DNA of 63,518 nt, the filler included, from Trichomonas gallinae (Eukaryota): the NCBI GenBank assembly GCA_008369845.1. It is 7 parts of 7 records of this genome, joined end to end, with 100 filler letters (N's around TTAATTAATTAA, not from the genome) between each part and the next. Parts side by side here need not be neighbours in the genome. Positions count along the whole stretch, not along the records: positions 1 to 21,330 come from MRSU01000539.1; 6 more parts are not named here. One strand, 5' to 3'. Both the position numbers and the translations under genes were made by a program. Below are positions 1 through 10,157 of the stretch, one piece after another (within the stretch, counting starts at the first letter, position 1; each line of letters opens with the position of its first letter). The notes under the pieces are model-generated. The model did not search any database. It was not told where the DNA came from and saw nothing but the letters and a program-made list of their open reading frames with translations.

Positions 1-361
1 AAATCTGTATAACGAGTATAAACATCACTTTTCCATCGTCCAATTGATTTTATTGCGTACAAGGGTGCTTGATTTAGGGCTGCTGTATGAGCAGTGCCAC
101 ACCGCATGTTGTGGGTAGCATATTTTGCAGGATTTACTCCTCTGATGCTCAACAGCTTTTTCATTTCTATGTGGAAATTTTGATCTCTGTTCGTAAAAAT
201 ATGGGATAAAGTAGATTATAATTTGACTCAGTTTTATGAACCGACATTGTAACCGATTTCCCAATCTGATCAGTTTTTGAATTTTTTATTATAAATTGTA
301 TTTCATCATCACTAATGGAAATAAAATCTTCAAAATCTAATTTCAAAATTTCATTTGCTCA
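1..361 (-). pseudogene. Degenerate tyrosine recombinase, catalytic C-terminal half (DIRS/Ngaro/Crypton-like)
   Basis: Manual minus-strand translation. From 358 down: ANEILKLDFEDFISISDDEIQFIIKNSKTDQIGKSV (SKTDQ at 280-266; the preceding Arg-position codon is TGA). After a frameshift, 179->1: FHIEMKKLLSIRGVNPAKYATHNMRCGTAHTAALNQAPLYAIKSIGRWKSDVYTRYTD, containing HxxR, GRW and the catalytic Tyr. Not shown in the ORF track. Confidence 0.85.
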
Positions 362-675
362 CATTTAATAACATTCAACTATTTATCACAACTTCTAGAA
401 ACAAAATTCATGGAACAAATCAAATCGATTTTACACAGTCTGGTTCCTTTAAAAAATATTTTAAAGGTCTCAGATATGACTTACATGCTGACTACAAACC
501 TTGTGCAAAGGATGGAGTAACTCCTGATATCATGATCAAAATGGCAAGGTATTACAGCAATAAAATAGAGTTTTTGGATACTATAAAGCTCTGCTCATTA
601 CTCTATTTTGGATTCCACCGTATAAGTGAAGCTGTAAAGTTAGCGCTTTTGATCCTGCATTTCCGTACACCATAA
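355..675 (+). pseudogene. Second tyrosine recombinase fragment (N-terminal part up to the first catalytic Arg box), truncated
   Basis: FKKYFKGLR...KDGVTPDIM...LCSLLYFGFHRISEAVKL matches the YR 'LxFFGFLRxSE' box; similarity ends after about 642. Confidence 0.7.
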
Positions 676-949
676 ATTTATGAGTCATATGTTCGATAAA
701 AGTTGAAAAAGAGCCAATAATGAATAATGAATTAAATGTGCCATGTAAATTATTTACAAAAGAAATATGGTCAAATTTTTGTTATGTAAATATATTTACG
801 TGTCAATTGTTTGATAAAACCAATAGAAAACCGAAATTATTAAAAGTCGTTATTAGGTGATAGAAAAGAATTTGTTTGATCAAAAATTTCCGATTTTTGT
901 TGTCAAATGTAAATATTTTCTATACAACCGCTATAACTGTTTTTCAAAA

Positions 950-2914
950 ATGTCAGAAACTCCACAAGAAAATGGAGCCAAAACTAAGCAGAAACAGAAG
1001 GAACCACAGTTTGCTCCATCAGGATTCATGACAATGACGCAAGGTTTGCCTTTCGTTCAGTACAATAAGTATCCGAAAGAATTTTATGATTCGTTAAAAC
1101 AAGTAAATTTCGATTCTGCACCTAAATTCAATGGTAAGCCATTGCTTAAATCGTTAAATGATCTCACTAGAGAATTTGATACTAAAGATTTGGACAATTT
1201 AATAAATGAGCCTTCAGAACTCATTACGAAGTTCATTGAATACGGAAAACAACAGTTCCATCCTGAAGAATACAGATTCTTGATATCATACGCACCACCA
1301 GCCCTTATTTCTGAAGATACAAAAACATTTCTGTTTTTCTTAGTTAAAATTGTGCACCAAGTAAAAGATCCATGCAAACTTATGACATGGATCTCATACA
1401 CGATGTTTCCACAATTGTTTACTCATCATTCGAAGAAAGAAATCCTGGCCATCTCAAGATGCAAACAAGGAAAGAAAACAAACTTATGGGCTGTTTATAC
1501 ATCACCAAACTCATTTACTTTATATGAATTTAAGGGCACAAATGAACCTGAAGCCAAATTAAAATCTAATGCAAATAAATTTGTAATTGGAAAAGATAAA
1601 ACATCGATTGATGTCTATAACGATGGTAAGTTAGTTACGAATTTCACTCCAGAAGATAGCAATCAGCTTCAATTATATGAAAGTCTTTCAAATGGCTCGG
1701 TTCCTCTTGTTTATTTCCTTACTGGCTTTGACACACCAGCAGTTGATCAAATATACGCAACAGCTTTCGATGAAATCACAAATTCTGATGCTAAAATACT
1801 TCAAGTTTTAATGTTGCCGACGATTTCTTCCCCAGACGACAAAATATCATCACAAATACTCAAAGCATTCCTAGATCTATTTACTTACGCGAACAAATTC
1901 ATACCATTCATTAATTCAATTATTTCTTCAGAATTTAATGATCCAAAAGAAGATATTATGAAGATAGTACATCAACCAACGCACACAGTCAACTTAATCA
2001 GTTCCATTTTTACGCAATACGGAAAAACATATTCAGAAACTTTTATTAAAAAGCTCAGCGATTACATTATATCAACTGGTGGTTGTAAAATCACAAGTAG
2101 AACTCCAGATGTTCCCGCTCTCGAGCGAGTAATCAACACAGTCTGCAAATATATCGTTGGATCAGTAGAACTCGTTTCACCTGTTATTAGACAGGTTTTA
2201 TATGTGCTCAGATCCTTCTTTAACACTAGAACTAACTGCTGTGCCAATATCTACCTTATTTTATCATATATTTTCTTCGAATGCTATCTTTTGCCTGCTC
2301 TCAAGCATTATAGCGAAACTGACCAAGAAAATAAGAACATGATGTCGAGATTCGTATACATCTTCAACTACATTTTCAAACTAAGTTCAATGGAAGGAAA
2401 TCTTAAATTTTTATCATCAATACAAAAGCGTCTCGATAAGCATATATATCCAAATCTCATGCAGTTCATATTCGCCATCAGTGAAGCTCCAGAAGAGTCA
2501 ACTGTTGCATATTCCACAATATCAGCCGAAAAAGTTGCCCGCTCCATAGAAACGATCTTGAAAGCCATTTCTGCTAAGGCTTCTGACTTCTGCAACGCGT
2601 TCCAAGACAACACAAAAAGTAATTCTCAAAAACCAACAATTCTTGGAACTGTTTTTTCGTCCCTTTTGACCACTTTCTTCCACTATCAATTCGATGTTGG
2701 TCCAGTCGCTGAAGAAGACGAGCCTCCAAGATCTCCCAAGAAGGTAATCAAAAAGCTCGTGAAATATCCAAGCGATAATGTGCCAGAATCAATGAATAGT
2801 GTCGTCCACAAGATTGTCAGGCTCAGCGAGCTCGATGAAGAAAACCTTGATCCTTCCAAACCAAGGAAATACTACAAGCGGGTAGTAAAAAAAGCCCCGA
2901 TGGAGGGGAATTAG
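950..2914 (+). CDS. Hypothetical protein, possible PH-like region followed by a RasGAP-like helical domain
   Basis: Long ORF; probable start MSETPQ at 950; 'IFFECYLLPAL' weakly recalls the RasGAP 'FLRFxxPA' motif. Confidence 0.55.
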   Translation: MSETPQENGAKTKQKQKEPQFAPSGFMTMTQGLPFVQYNKYPKEFYDSLKQVNFDSAPKFNGKPLLKSLNDLTREFDTKDLDNLINEPSELITKFIEYGKQQFHPEEYRFLISYAPPALISEDTKTFLFFLVKIVHQVKDPCKLMTWISYTMFPQLFTHHSKKEILAISRCKQGKKTNLWAVYTSPNSFTLYEFKGTNEPEAKLKSNANKFVIGKDKTSIDVYNDGKLVTNFTPEDSNQLQLYESLSNGSVPLVYFLTGFDTPAVDQIYATAFDEITNSDAKILQVLMLPTISSPDDKISSQILKAFLDLFTYANKFIPFINSIISSEFNDPKEDIMKIVHQPTHTVNLISSIFTQYGKTYSETFIKKLSDYIISTGGCKITSRTPDVPALERVINTVCKYIVGSVELVSPVIRQVLYVLRSFFNTRTNCCANIYLILSYIFFECYLLPALKHYSETDQENKNMMSRFVYIFNYIFKLSSMEGNLKFLSSIQKRLDKHIYPNLMQFIFAISEAPEESTVAYSTISAEKVARSIETILKAISAKASDFCNAFQDNTKSNSQKPTILGTVFSSLLTTFFHYQFDVGPVAEEDEPPRSPKKVIKKLVKYPSDNVPESMNSVVHKIVRLSELDEENLDPSKPRKYYKRVVKKAPMEGN

Positions 2915-3429
2915 TCTATTACATCCGCGTTAAATATTGAGATTTAATTTTGTAGATTATCTCCTCCTTAAATAACTGTTTTTGGCTTACATTTTTGTTT
3001 TTGCTGTCAAATATTAATGAGGGGGTGCATCGAAATTGAATATCTTAAAGAATACGATTTTGGTCAGTCTCATTCTCGAACAATGCAAGAGCATCACTGG
3101 TTCATTACACTCGTTGAGACTGAAAGCTAGCACAGTGATTTTTCTCAGAATGAGATTCAATTTGCAAATTATATTCGTTCTGATTCGATGTCTTACACAT
3201 CAATGGGTGATGTCCAGTATTTATTTATGAAAAAAATATTTTGATCAATATTTTTGCCAAATTTTTATGTAAATATATTTTATTTGTCAAAATAATTTTA
3301 AAATGACAAAATTTAGAAATTTTAGAATTTAAGCCAACTTTCTGCGTAAAAAGTGAATCATATCATATACTAAATCCATTAATCAGCAAAAAACGGAAAT
3401 CCAATAATTAGTCGGGTTCAAAAAAAATA

Positions 3430-5985
3430 ATGTGGGGATATTCAGGCGGATTCCTTGCCCTTCTTGAGGAAGGCGACATCGACTACCAGATCTACGCCAT
3501 CGACCAGCTTCAGCAGGTCGTTGACTTAGAGTGGGCGACGATCGCTGAAAAATTAGATTTGATCAAGAAACTTGCAGACGACGAATCATTCCATTATCAC
3601 GCTCAGGCTGCTTTGCTCGCAGCAAGGACATTATACAGACTCGGTGATTTCGATATCGCTGTAGATTATGCTGTTAAATCAGGAAAATTGTTCGATTCAA
3701 AGGCTAAAGACGATTTCTCAACGACAATCAAATCCCAGCTCATCACTAGGTGCAGAAACTACGCTAACAACAAGATGGATATTGAAGAATCTGTTCTTGA
3801 TATTCTTTATGAGATTTTCGACGACCTTTTCGAGAACCACGACTATGCTGCCTTATTCTGCATAGCATTAGAAACACGCCAAGAGAAGTACATCTGCCAA
3901 GTCCTTAAGACTCTCCCAGAATTGCTTCCATACGCCATTCGCCTTGTCGTAAAGGGCGTCTCTGATAACGAATACCGTGCTAAGTGCCTTGGATTGATCC
4001 TTCAGTTCCTCCAGGACCAATGCGACAAGGATATGATTGCAAAAGTTCATCAATCTCTTAATGATCCAGAATCTGTTGCTGCTATGATCATCCAGTTGTC
4101 CGTCGATGGCAATGAGCTCCTTGCCTACCAGATTGCCTTCGATCTCGCTGAAAACGCTAGCCAAAAGTTCAGATCTGAGGTTATCAACATTATTGGCGAC
4201 GATTTCCCAAACATCAAGGGAATTTTAACAAGAGCCATCCCTCTCAGAATAGAAATGGAGTTCCACTACCAGAAATCAAAGGAAGATTTAACACTCCTTC
4301 AAGGATTCATGGAGAAGCTCGATACAACAGTCTCTACATCGCATACAGCATTAGTCACAGCTTTCGCTTACATGGATGCATGCACAGGAAACGATCAGTA
4401 CTACAGAGATAATTCTAAGTGGTTCGGCGCTTCTACTAAGTGGCACAAGTTCTACTCTGTCGCTGGTGCAGGCTGCGTCCACATCGGCCACTTGCAAAGC
4501 GCACTTACTATTTTCGCTCCATATCTTACAGGCAAGACTGACGCCGAAGTCACTGGCGCTGCCCTTCTCGCTATCGGCCTCATCTCCGCCAACTACGCCT
4601 GGGACGACAAGGTTCTCAACATGGTCCGCTCATCGCTTAATGCCAAACAGATCTATGTCCAATACGGTGCCGCCCTTGCTCTTGGTCTCATCAACATTGG
4701 CAGCCAAAACGCTGAGGACTGCGACAAGCTTAAAGAGATCCTCTTCAAACCAGACGTCCAGCCGGAAACAGGCGAAGCTGTCGGTTACGCACTCGGCATG
4801 ATCAACCTCGGTGCTGGTCCATGCGACCTCCTCAACTCTATCATCGACTTCGCCAAGGACTGCAAGCACGACAAGATCGTCAGAGCCATCTCCATGGCTT
4901 CCGCACTCATGTGCTACGGCCATGAACACGAAGCTGATGTTGTCTATGATGCATTGATCAACTCCAGGAACCCAATCATCCGCGAAGGTGCAGCATGGAC
5001 TCTCGCTCTCGCTTATGTCGGCACAGGCGAAAATGATGTTGCTCAGAAGCTTCTCCACGTCGCTGTCTCAGATACATCAGGCGATGTCAGACGTGTTGCT
5101 GTCATCGGTCTTGGCTTCCTTCTTTCCAGACACACAGAGAGAGTCCCAGACATGCTCGGCCTTCTCGCCATCTCTTACCATGCCCACGTCAGGGCTGGCG
5201 CTGCTCTCGCCATCGGTATCGCTTTGGCTGGCAGCGGCAACAAGGAGTGCATCGAGCTCATCAAGCCACTCCTCAAGGACAACGACCCGCTCGTCAGACA
5301 GAGCGCTAATATTGGTATGGCCATGCTCCTCCAGCAGCAGAGTGACGCCAAAGAGCCATTCTGCAAGGAATTCAGAATGCACCTTAGGAAGTACCTCAGG
5401 AAGGAGAGCGGCGAGATGACAACATTCGCTCTCGGTGCCGCTTACGGTATCCTCAACGCAACAGGCAGGAACACAGTCATCTCATGCAACACATTGAGAG
5501 GCGTCAACTCAATGATCTCAACAGTCGGTATTGCCCTCTTCACACAGTACCTCTACTTCATCCCATTGGCCTTGATGCTCCCACTTTCATTCCACACAAC
5601 AGCTATGATTCCTCTCGACAAGGACCTCAAAGTCGTCGAGTGGCCAGTCCTTTGCAAGTGCAAGCCATCACTTTTCGCTGATCCACCAACATTCGCCGAG
5701 GAGAAGCCAGTTAAGAAGGTCGCAGACAAGGTCGAGCTCTCCATCACAAGAGAGATGACAAAGAAGGAAAAGGAAGAGGAAGAAAAGAAGAAGGAGGAAG
5801 AGAAGAAGCTCGAAGAGCTCAAAGCAAGCGAGCCAGAGCAGGAGATGATCGTCAACCCAGCACGCGTCACACTCGAACAGATCAACTACATCGATTCTAC
5901 ATTCTCAGCAGACTGGAAGCCAGTCATTTCTCCATCACTCGGCTTCATCATGCTCGAGAAAATCGGTCAAAGCGAAATGGAATAA
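3430..5985 (+). CDS. RPN2: 26S proteasome regulatory subunit Rpn2/PSMD1
   Basis: N-terminal GFLALLEE...WATI; PC repeats (KLLHVAVSDTSGDVRRVAVIGLGF, HVRAGAALAIGIA); C-terminal NPARV; strong C-ending codon bias. Confidence 0.95.
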   Translation: MWGYSGGFLALLEEGDIDYQIYAIDQLQQVVDLEWATIAEKLDLIKKLADDESFHYHAQAALLAARTLYRLGDFDIAVDYAVKSGKLFDSKAKDDFSTTIKSQLITRCRNYANNKMDIEESVLDILYEIFDDLFENHDYAALFCIALETRQEKYICQVLKTLPELLPYAIRLVVKGVSDNEYRAKCLGLILQFLQDQCDKDMIAKVHQSLNDPESVAAMIIQLSVDGNELLAYQIAFDLAENASQKFRSEVINIIGDDFPNIKGILTRAIPLRIEMEFHYQKSKEDLTLLQGFMEKLDTTVSTSHTALVTAFAYMDACTGNDQYYRDNSKWFGASTKWHKFYSVAGAGCVHIGHLQSALTIFAPYLTGKTDAEVTGAALLAIGLISANYAWDDKVLNMVRSSLNAKQIYVQYGAALALGLINIGSQNAEDCDKLKEILFKPDVQPETGEAVGYALGMINLGAGPCDLLNSIIDFAKDCKHDKIVRAISMASALMCYGHEHEADVVYDALINSRNPIIREGAAWTLALAYVGTGENDVAQKLLHVAVSDTSGDVRRVAVIGLGFLLSRHTERVPDMLGLLAISYHAHVRAGAALAIGIALAGSGNKECIELIKPLLKDNDPLVRQSANIGMAMLLQQQSDAKEPFCKEFRMHLRKYLRKESGEMTTFALGAAYGILNATGRNTVISCNTLRGVNSMISTVGIALFTQYLYFIPLALMLPLSFHTTAMIPLDKDLKVVEWPVLCKCKPSLFADPPTFAEEKPVKKVADKVELSITREMTKKEKEEEEKKKEEEKKLEELKASEPEQEMIVNPARVTLEQINYIDSTFSADWKPVISPSLGFIMLEKIGQSEME

Positions 5986-6143
5986 ATTTTATTTAAATTA
6001 TAATTGTCACCGACTTTTTCCCAACCTGATGATGTGATTTGTGAATCAAGAAATAAATTTTGGGAAAGATGCGTAAAAAAAAAAAAACATCAGTGAATAC
6101 ATAATAGTCTTTAGTTATATATTATCTCAAACAACATTATAAT

Positions 6144-6866
6144 TCAATTGCCGAAATGGAATTTCATCCATATTGAGCCAATATCGATAGATAATAGAAT
6201 CGATAGGATATACAAGATAACAACAACGAGAATGGGTGGCATGATTCCGAATTTCTTAATATAAGGTAAAATTAAAATACATGGAACAGCAACAACGATA
6301 AAGTGAATCATTCCAACAGCATAGATTGTATTTGGAAGGAAAATGGTAAATAACCAGTTATGAAGGAATGATCTTAATGTTTGAGTAATCAAAAATCCAG
6401 CATTTATGTCTACGATGATCGAAGTAAATGCATTGCAGAAGACATCGAAGCAGAAACGAAGTTCCACGTCTTGTTCTGCGGAATGGAAAGTTTGTGGTGC
6501 TTTTCCGAATTTATTTAAGATGTACCAAACAGATACTGCAAAAATAGCGCCAATAATGAAATAGTCGAAAACCAAAAAAGTGAATATTCCGCGCATAAAT
6601 GTCGAAAATGAATAATTTGTAAGAGGAAGAATATACCATGCAAGAAAAACGGTTAATATGAACAAACCCTGCACGATGACAAATGCAGGATCATCTCTTC
6701 CCCATTTTCCTTTAGTATGTCTATGTTTTCCAATAAATTTATATAATTTCGAAGGATTTGTGTAGCTTATCGCCAATTGCCATATCGCAGACTCCGAGTC
6801 CATGTTCGCGAATGACAAAGCTTTCATTACAAAGTTCCTCTGCTCGTTAGCACCTGGAAGAATCAT
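6144..6866 (-). CDS. UNC-50/Gmh1 family Golgi membrane protein
   Basis: MDSESAIWQL...TKGKWGRDDPAF and VELRFCFDVFCNAF match UNC-50 motifs; multiple TM segments. Confidence 0.88.
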   Translation of the reverse strand: MILPGANEQRNFVMKALSFANMDSESAIWQLAISYTNPSKLYKFIGKHRHTKGKWGRDDPAFVIVQGLFILTVFLAWYILPLTNYSFSTFMRGIFTFLVFDYFIIGAIFAVSVWYILNKFGKAPQTFHSAEQDVELRFCFDVFCNAFTSIIVDINAGFLITQTLRSFLHNWLFTIFLPNTIYAVGMIHFIVVAVPCILILPYIKKFGIMPPILVVVILYILSILLSIDIGSIWMKFHFGN

Positions 6867-6873
6867 TTTAAAA

Positions 6874-8988
6874 ATGGAGGATCCACCCTACGATAAATTA
6901 AAAGAAGGTTATCTCCAGCTTTTGAGCAAGAACAAGTCACTGAAACACAACCTGGAAAAGAGCATAAAGAACTGCGACTTGTTAAAATCTGGTATAGATG
7001 AACGAGATCAAATGATTGAGATTAGAAATCAAAGCATTTCTGAATTAATTGCTAAACAGGATGCTTTCAAGCAGCAGATACAATCATATGAATCAAAAAT
7101 AGAGTCGTTGGAGCAAAAATTAAATCAAACGAATATAAATGTTGGAGAAAATCAACAAAATAATCAAGAATCTCTCAATGAAGAACTAATACAAGAGTTT
7201 AATAACGAAAGGAGGTCACTTCATAAACAAATAGATGAATTGAAAATTGATATTAGCCAAAAATCGGATTTAATTCAGTCAATTACATCTGATAATAACA
7301 AATATCGAGAAGAGATTACTTCAGCACATAATAGCATAACTGAATTACAAAATTCACTTAATTTACTAAAAAATGAAAATGAAGAGCTGAAAAATAACGT
7401 TATGTCATTGAAAACACTCAAAGAAGAAACTCAAAAAGCGCTCCAATCAGCTGATAATGGACAATCACAAATTGTAGCTCAAATTGAAATGATAAACAAG
7501 TTAAAGAGCGAAATTTCGAATAAAGCAGAGATACATAATGCAGAAATTTCTCAATTAAAAGCACAATACGAAAAACAAATTCAAACACAAAATGAAAAAA
7601 TCGAATTTATCACTTCTCAGCTGAATAATTCCAATACCAATATCCAAAATTTGCATGAATCTAGCGAAAAATTATCCCAATTACTCAAAGATTCTCAACA
7701 AACAATTTCAGATCTAAATTCATCAATGCAGTCGCTTTCTAATGAAAACTCTAATCTGAGGTCTCAGATTCAAGAACTCACGGATAATAACGCAAAGCTT
7801 TTGCAATCAAATAATTATTTCCGAGATCAAATTTCTCAGTCAAATCAAAGAGCAGAAGCATTAAAAGCTGATGTTTCCAAGCTTATGTCCGATAAGAAAC
7901 GTATAGATGAGCTTTTGACAGAAAAAGATAAAGATCTCGCTGATCTTACTCAAAAACTTGATACTCTTCGTTCCAATGACAAGCAACAGAGCCAAAACTA
8001 TCAGCAACGTTTATTGGAGCTGGAATCACAGAAACAAGTCCACGATGATGAAGTTTCTTCTCTTAAAATCAAAAACGACGAATTAACAAAAATTATTCAG
8101 AAACAAGCTGATGAACTGATTCCTCTGAGATCAGAATGCAATGCTCTAAGGGCTAGGCAGCAAGAGATGGACCAGGAGATCAGTTTGAGAGCTGCAGCCG
8201 AAGCGGAAAGAAACACAATAAGAGATGAATACAACAACTTATCAACTGAAAACGATAAAATCAAAGAGGAATTAATTTCACTTCATAGAGTTTCTATCGA
8301 GCTAAGCCATGCCAAAGAGGAACTGAAAGAGGCCAAGCAAAAACTAGATTCCATGAATGAACAAGCTAAGCTTGATGCAGAGAGCTTCGAAAAGCAAAAT
8401 AGTCAGTTGGATGAGATTATATCTTCGCTCACAGCATCTGATAACCAAAAAACAGAAACTATTGCAAAACTGTCAGCGTCGCTTCAAAACCTTCAAGATC
8501 GCTATGATGATGCTTCCCGTAATCTCACATTGCTTCCATCATTGCAGGAGAAGTTGAAAGCTACAGAAGACGAATTACTCAAATTAAGAGCAGAAAAAGA
8601 AGACTTGGATACTTCGTTGGAATCTGAGATAGCAAAGTCAGCGAATTTCAAGAAGAGGGTTGATAAGCTTGAATCACAAAAACATGCTGCTGACAAGAAG
8701 ATAGTTTCCCTTGATGAAGAAATAGCAGCACTTAAATCAAAACTAACAGCAATCGAAAAAGACAGAGGAGAAACTAAATCACCAAATAATGCTGTTTTTC
8801 CTGATTACGTTCGAAAAGTTTTGCTTCAGTTCTTCATGAAAGATGCCGGAGACAGAAGTGCTATGATACCTGTCATACTCAAGCTAGTTGGATGCAATGA
8901 TGACCAAATCACAGCTGCTCAACGCTGTTACGCAGAATCAAATCAAGTTATTTCTCAAGCTTTTTCTTTCTTTGGAATGAGAAAATAA
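6874..8988 (+). CDS. Long coiled-coil protein with C-terminal GRIP domain (golgin-like)
   Basis: Heptad-rich E/Q/K/L sequence; C-terminal DYVRKVLLQFF...AMIPVILKLVG resembles GRIP. ATG 6874 is preferred because the ATG at 6802 lies inside UNC-50. Confidence 0.75.
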   Translation: MEDPPYDKLKEGYLQLLSKNKSLKHNLEKSIKNCDLLKSGIDERDQMIEIRNQSISELIAKQDAFKQQIQSYESKIESLEQKLNQTNINVGENQQNNQESLNEELIQEFNNERRSLHKQIDELKIDISQKSDLIQSITSDNNKYREEITSAHNSITELQNSLNLLKNENEELKNNVMSLKTLKEETQKALQSADNGQSQIVAQIEMINKLKSEISNKAEIHNAEISQLKAQYEKQIQTQNEKIEFITSQLNNSNTNIQNLHESSEKLSQLLKDSQQTISDLNSSMQSLSNENSNLRSQIQELTDNNAKLLQSNNYFRDQISQSNQRAEALKADVSKLMSDKKRIDELLTEKDKDLADLTQKLDTLRSNDKQQSQNYQQRLLELESQKQVHDDEVSSLKIKNDELTKIIQKQADELIPLRSECNALRARQQEMDQEISLRAAAEAERNTIRDEYNNLSTENDKIKEELISLHRVSIELSHAKEELKEAKQKLDSMNEQAKLDAESFEKQNSQLDEIISSLTASDNQKTETIAKLSASLQNLQDRYDDASRNLTLLPSLQEKLKATEDELLKLRAEKEDLDTSLESEIAKSANFKKRVDKLESQKHAADKKIVSLDEEIAALKSKLTAIEKDRGETKSPNNAVFPDYVRKVLLQFFMKDAGDRSAMIPVILKLVGCNDDQITAAQRCYAESNQVISQAFSFFGMRK

Positions 8989-9157
8989 AATATAATATTC
9001 TGTTTGTTTTAGTTGGACAAATTATTTTGATGTGATGTTGTAAGTAGAACCTTAATTCTACTTCGTTTGGTAAATTTTCATTTGATGTGATGTTGGAAGT
9101 AGAAACCTTAATTTTTAGAAATCTGTCATGTAAAATTTCATCACTTTTCATTGTTTG

Positions 9158-9811
9158 ATGAAGTATTATCATGATGCGAAAAACTATGCATTGAACATAT
9201 TTAAGGCATCATTTAAATACGTTAAATGGGCCTTCTTTTTGTTCAGTGCTGTTGCATTGGTTGATTGCGTTACATTATCGTATAACACAATGGATCTATT
9301 TTTTCCGCTAATTGATATGGCTCCTGGCGCAATTTCAGTTATTATGACAGTTTCTTTTATGATTGCTACATTAGGAATCCTTTTAGCATTTTTCAATTAC
9401 AAACCAAAATACGCAAGTTTCTTTTTATATAATTCCGCTGTCTTTATCTCCATTGTTCTCGTTTGCTCCATCATATACACGGCTCTTTTCTCAGGAAATA
9501 AATATATCAATAAATGCATCATCAAAATTCACACATTTATGCTTGATAATCCCAATTCCATTGAAACAGCATGGTTCCAGGATAAATTAAACTTCAATAA
9601 GTTCGATAACGATGAGAAATTGGCTTATATCTTGAATTATCTCAATGCGCGCGCAAATAGAGCTAGCTATGTAATGATATCATTCATTTTATTATGGACA
9701 ATTACAGCATTTGTATTTATTTCCCAACTTTTAATGGCCAACAGCAAACCATTAGAAGTTGCAGTTGATACACCAGCACCAGCTGAAAAGCTTCATTTTG
9801 ATAATGTTTGA
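9158..9811 (+). CDS. Hypothetical four-TM (tetraspanin-like topology) protein
   Basis: Three N-terminal hydrophobic segments, a large loop, and a fourth TM near the C-terminus. Confidence 0.6.
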   Translation: MKYYHDAKNYALNIFKASFKYVKWAFFLFSAVALVDCVTLSYNTMDLFFPLIDMAPGAISVIMTVSFMIATLGILLAFFNYKPKYASFFLYNSAVFISIVLVCSIIYTALFSGNKYINKCIIKIHTFMLDNPNSIETAWFQDKLNFNKFDNDEKLAYILNYLNARANRASYVMISFILLWTITAFVFISQLLMANSKPLEVAVDTPAPAEKLHFDNV

Positions 9812-10157
9812 AAGAATTAGAGTTTGTTTTTAATAATAAAATTTGTGAATTTTTCAATATCCAATACTCATTTATCAATAATACAAATAATTAATGACCT
9901 TTAGTTGCAATATCTTCATATATTATTGACTGGATGACTTGTTCTAGATATATATCAAAACTTTTGCAGTGAATACATTTAAATGGCTGATTTATCGTTA
10001 CATATGCTATATATCATTGCTGTTACTGAAAAAGATTCATTTTTGGCGAATAATGAATATGAAATTTATTTTGCAAAGATTTGAGCTTTAAAAATAAAAA
10101 TGTGAAAAGCTTAGACGTAAAAAAGATTGATTTTATATAAAAACATCATAATTTTTG

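Noticed and set aside
3668..5885. Overlapping ORFs within Rpn2 (likewise PP2A-A and ADH)
   Set aside because: Expected from strong codon bias; no recognisable motifs.
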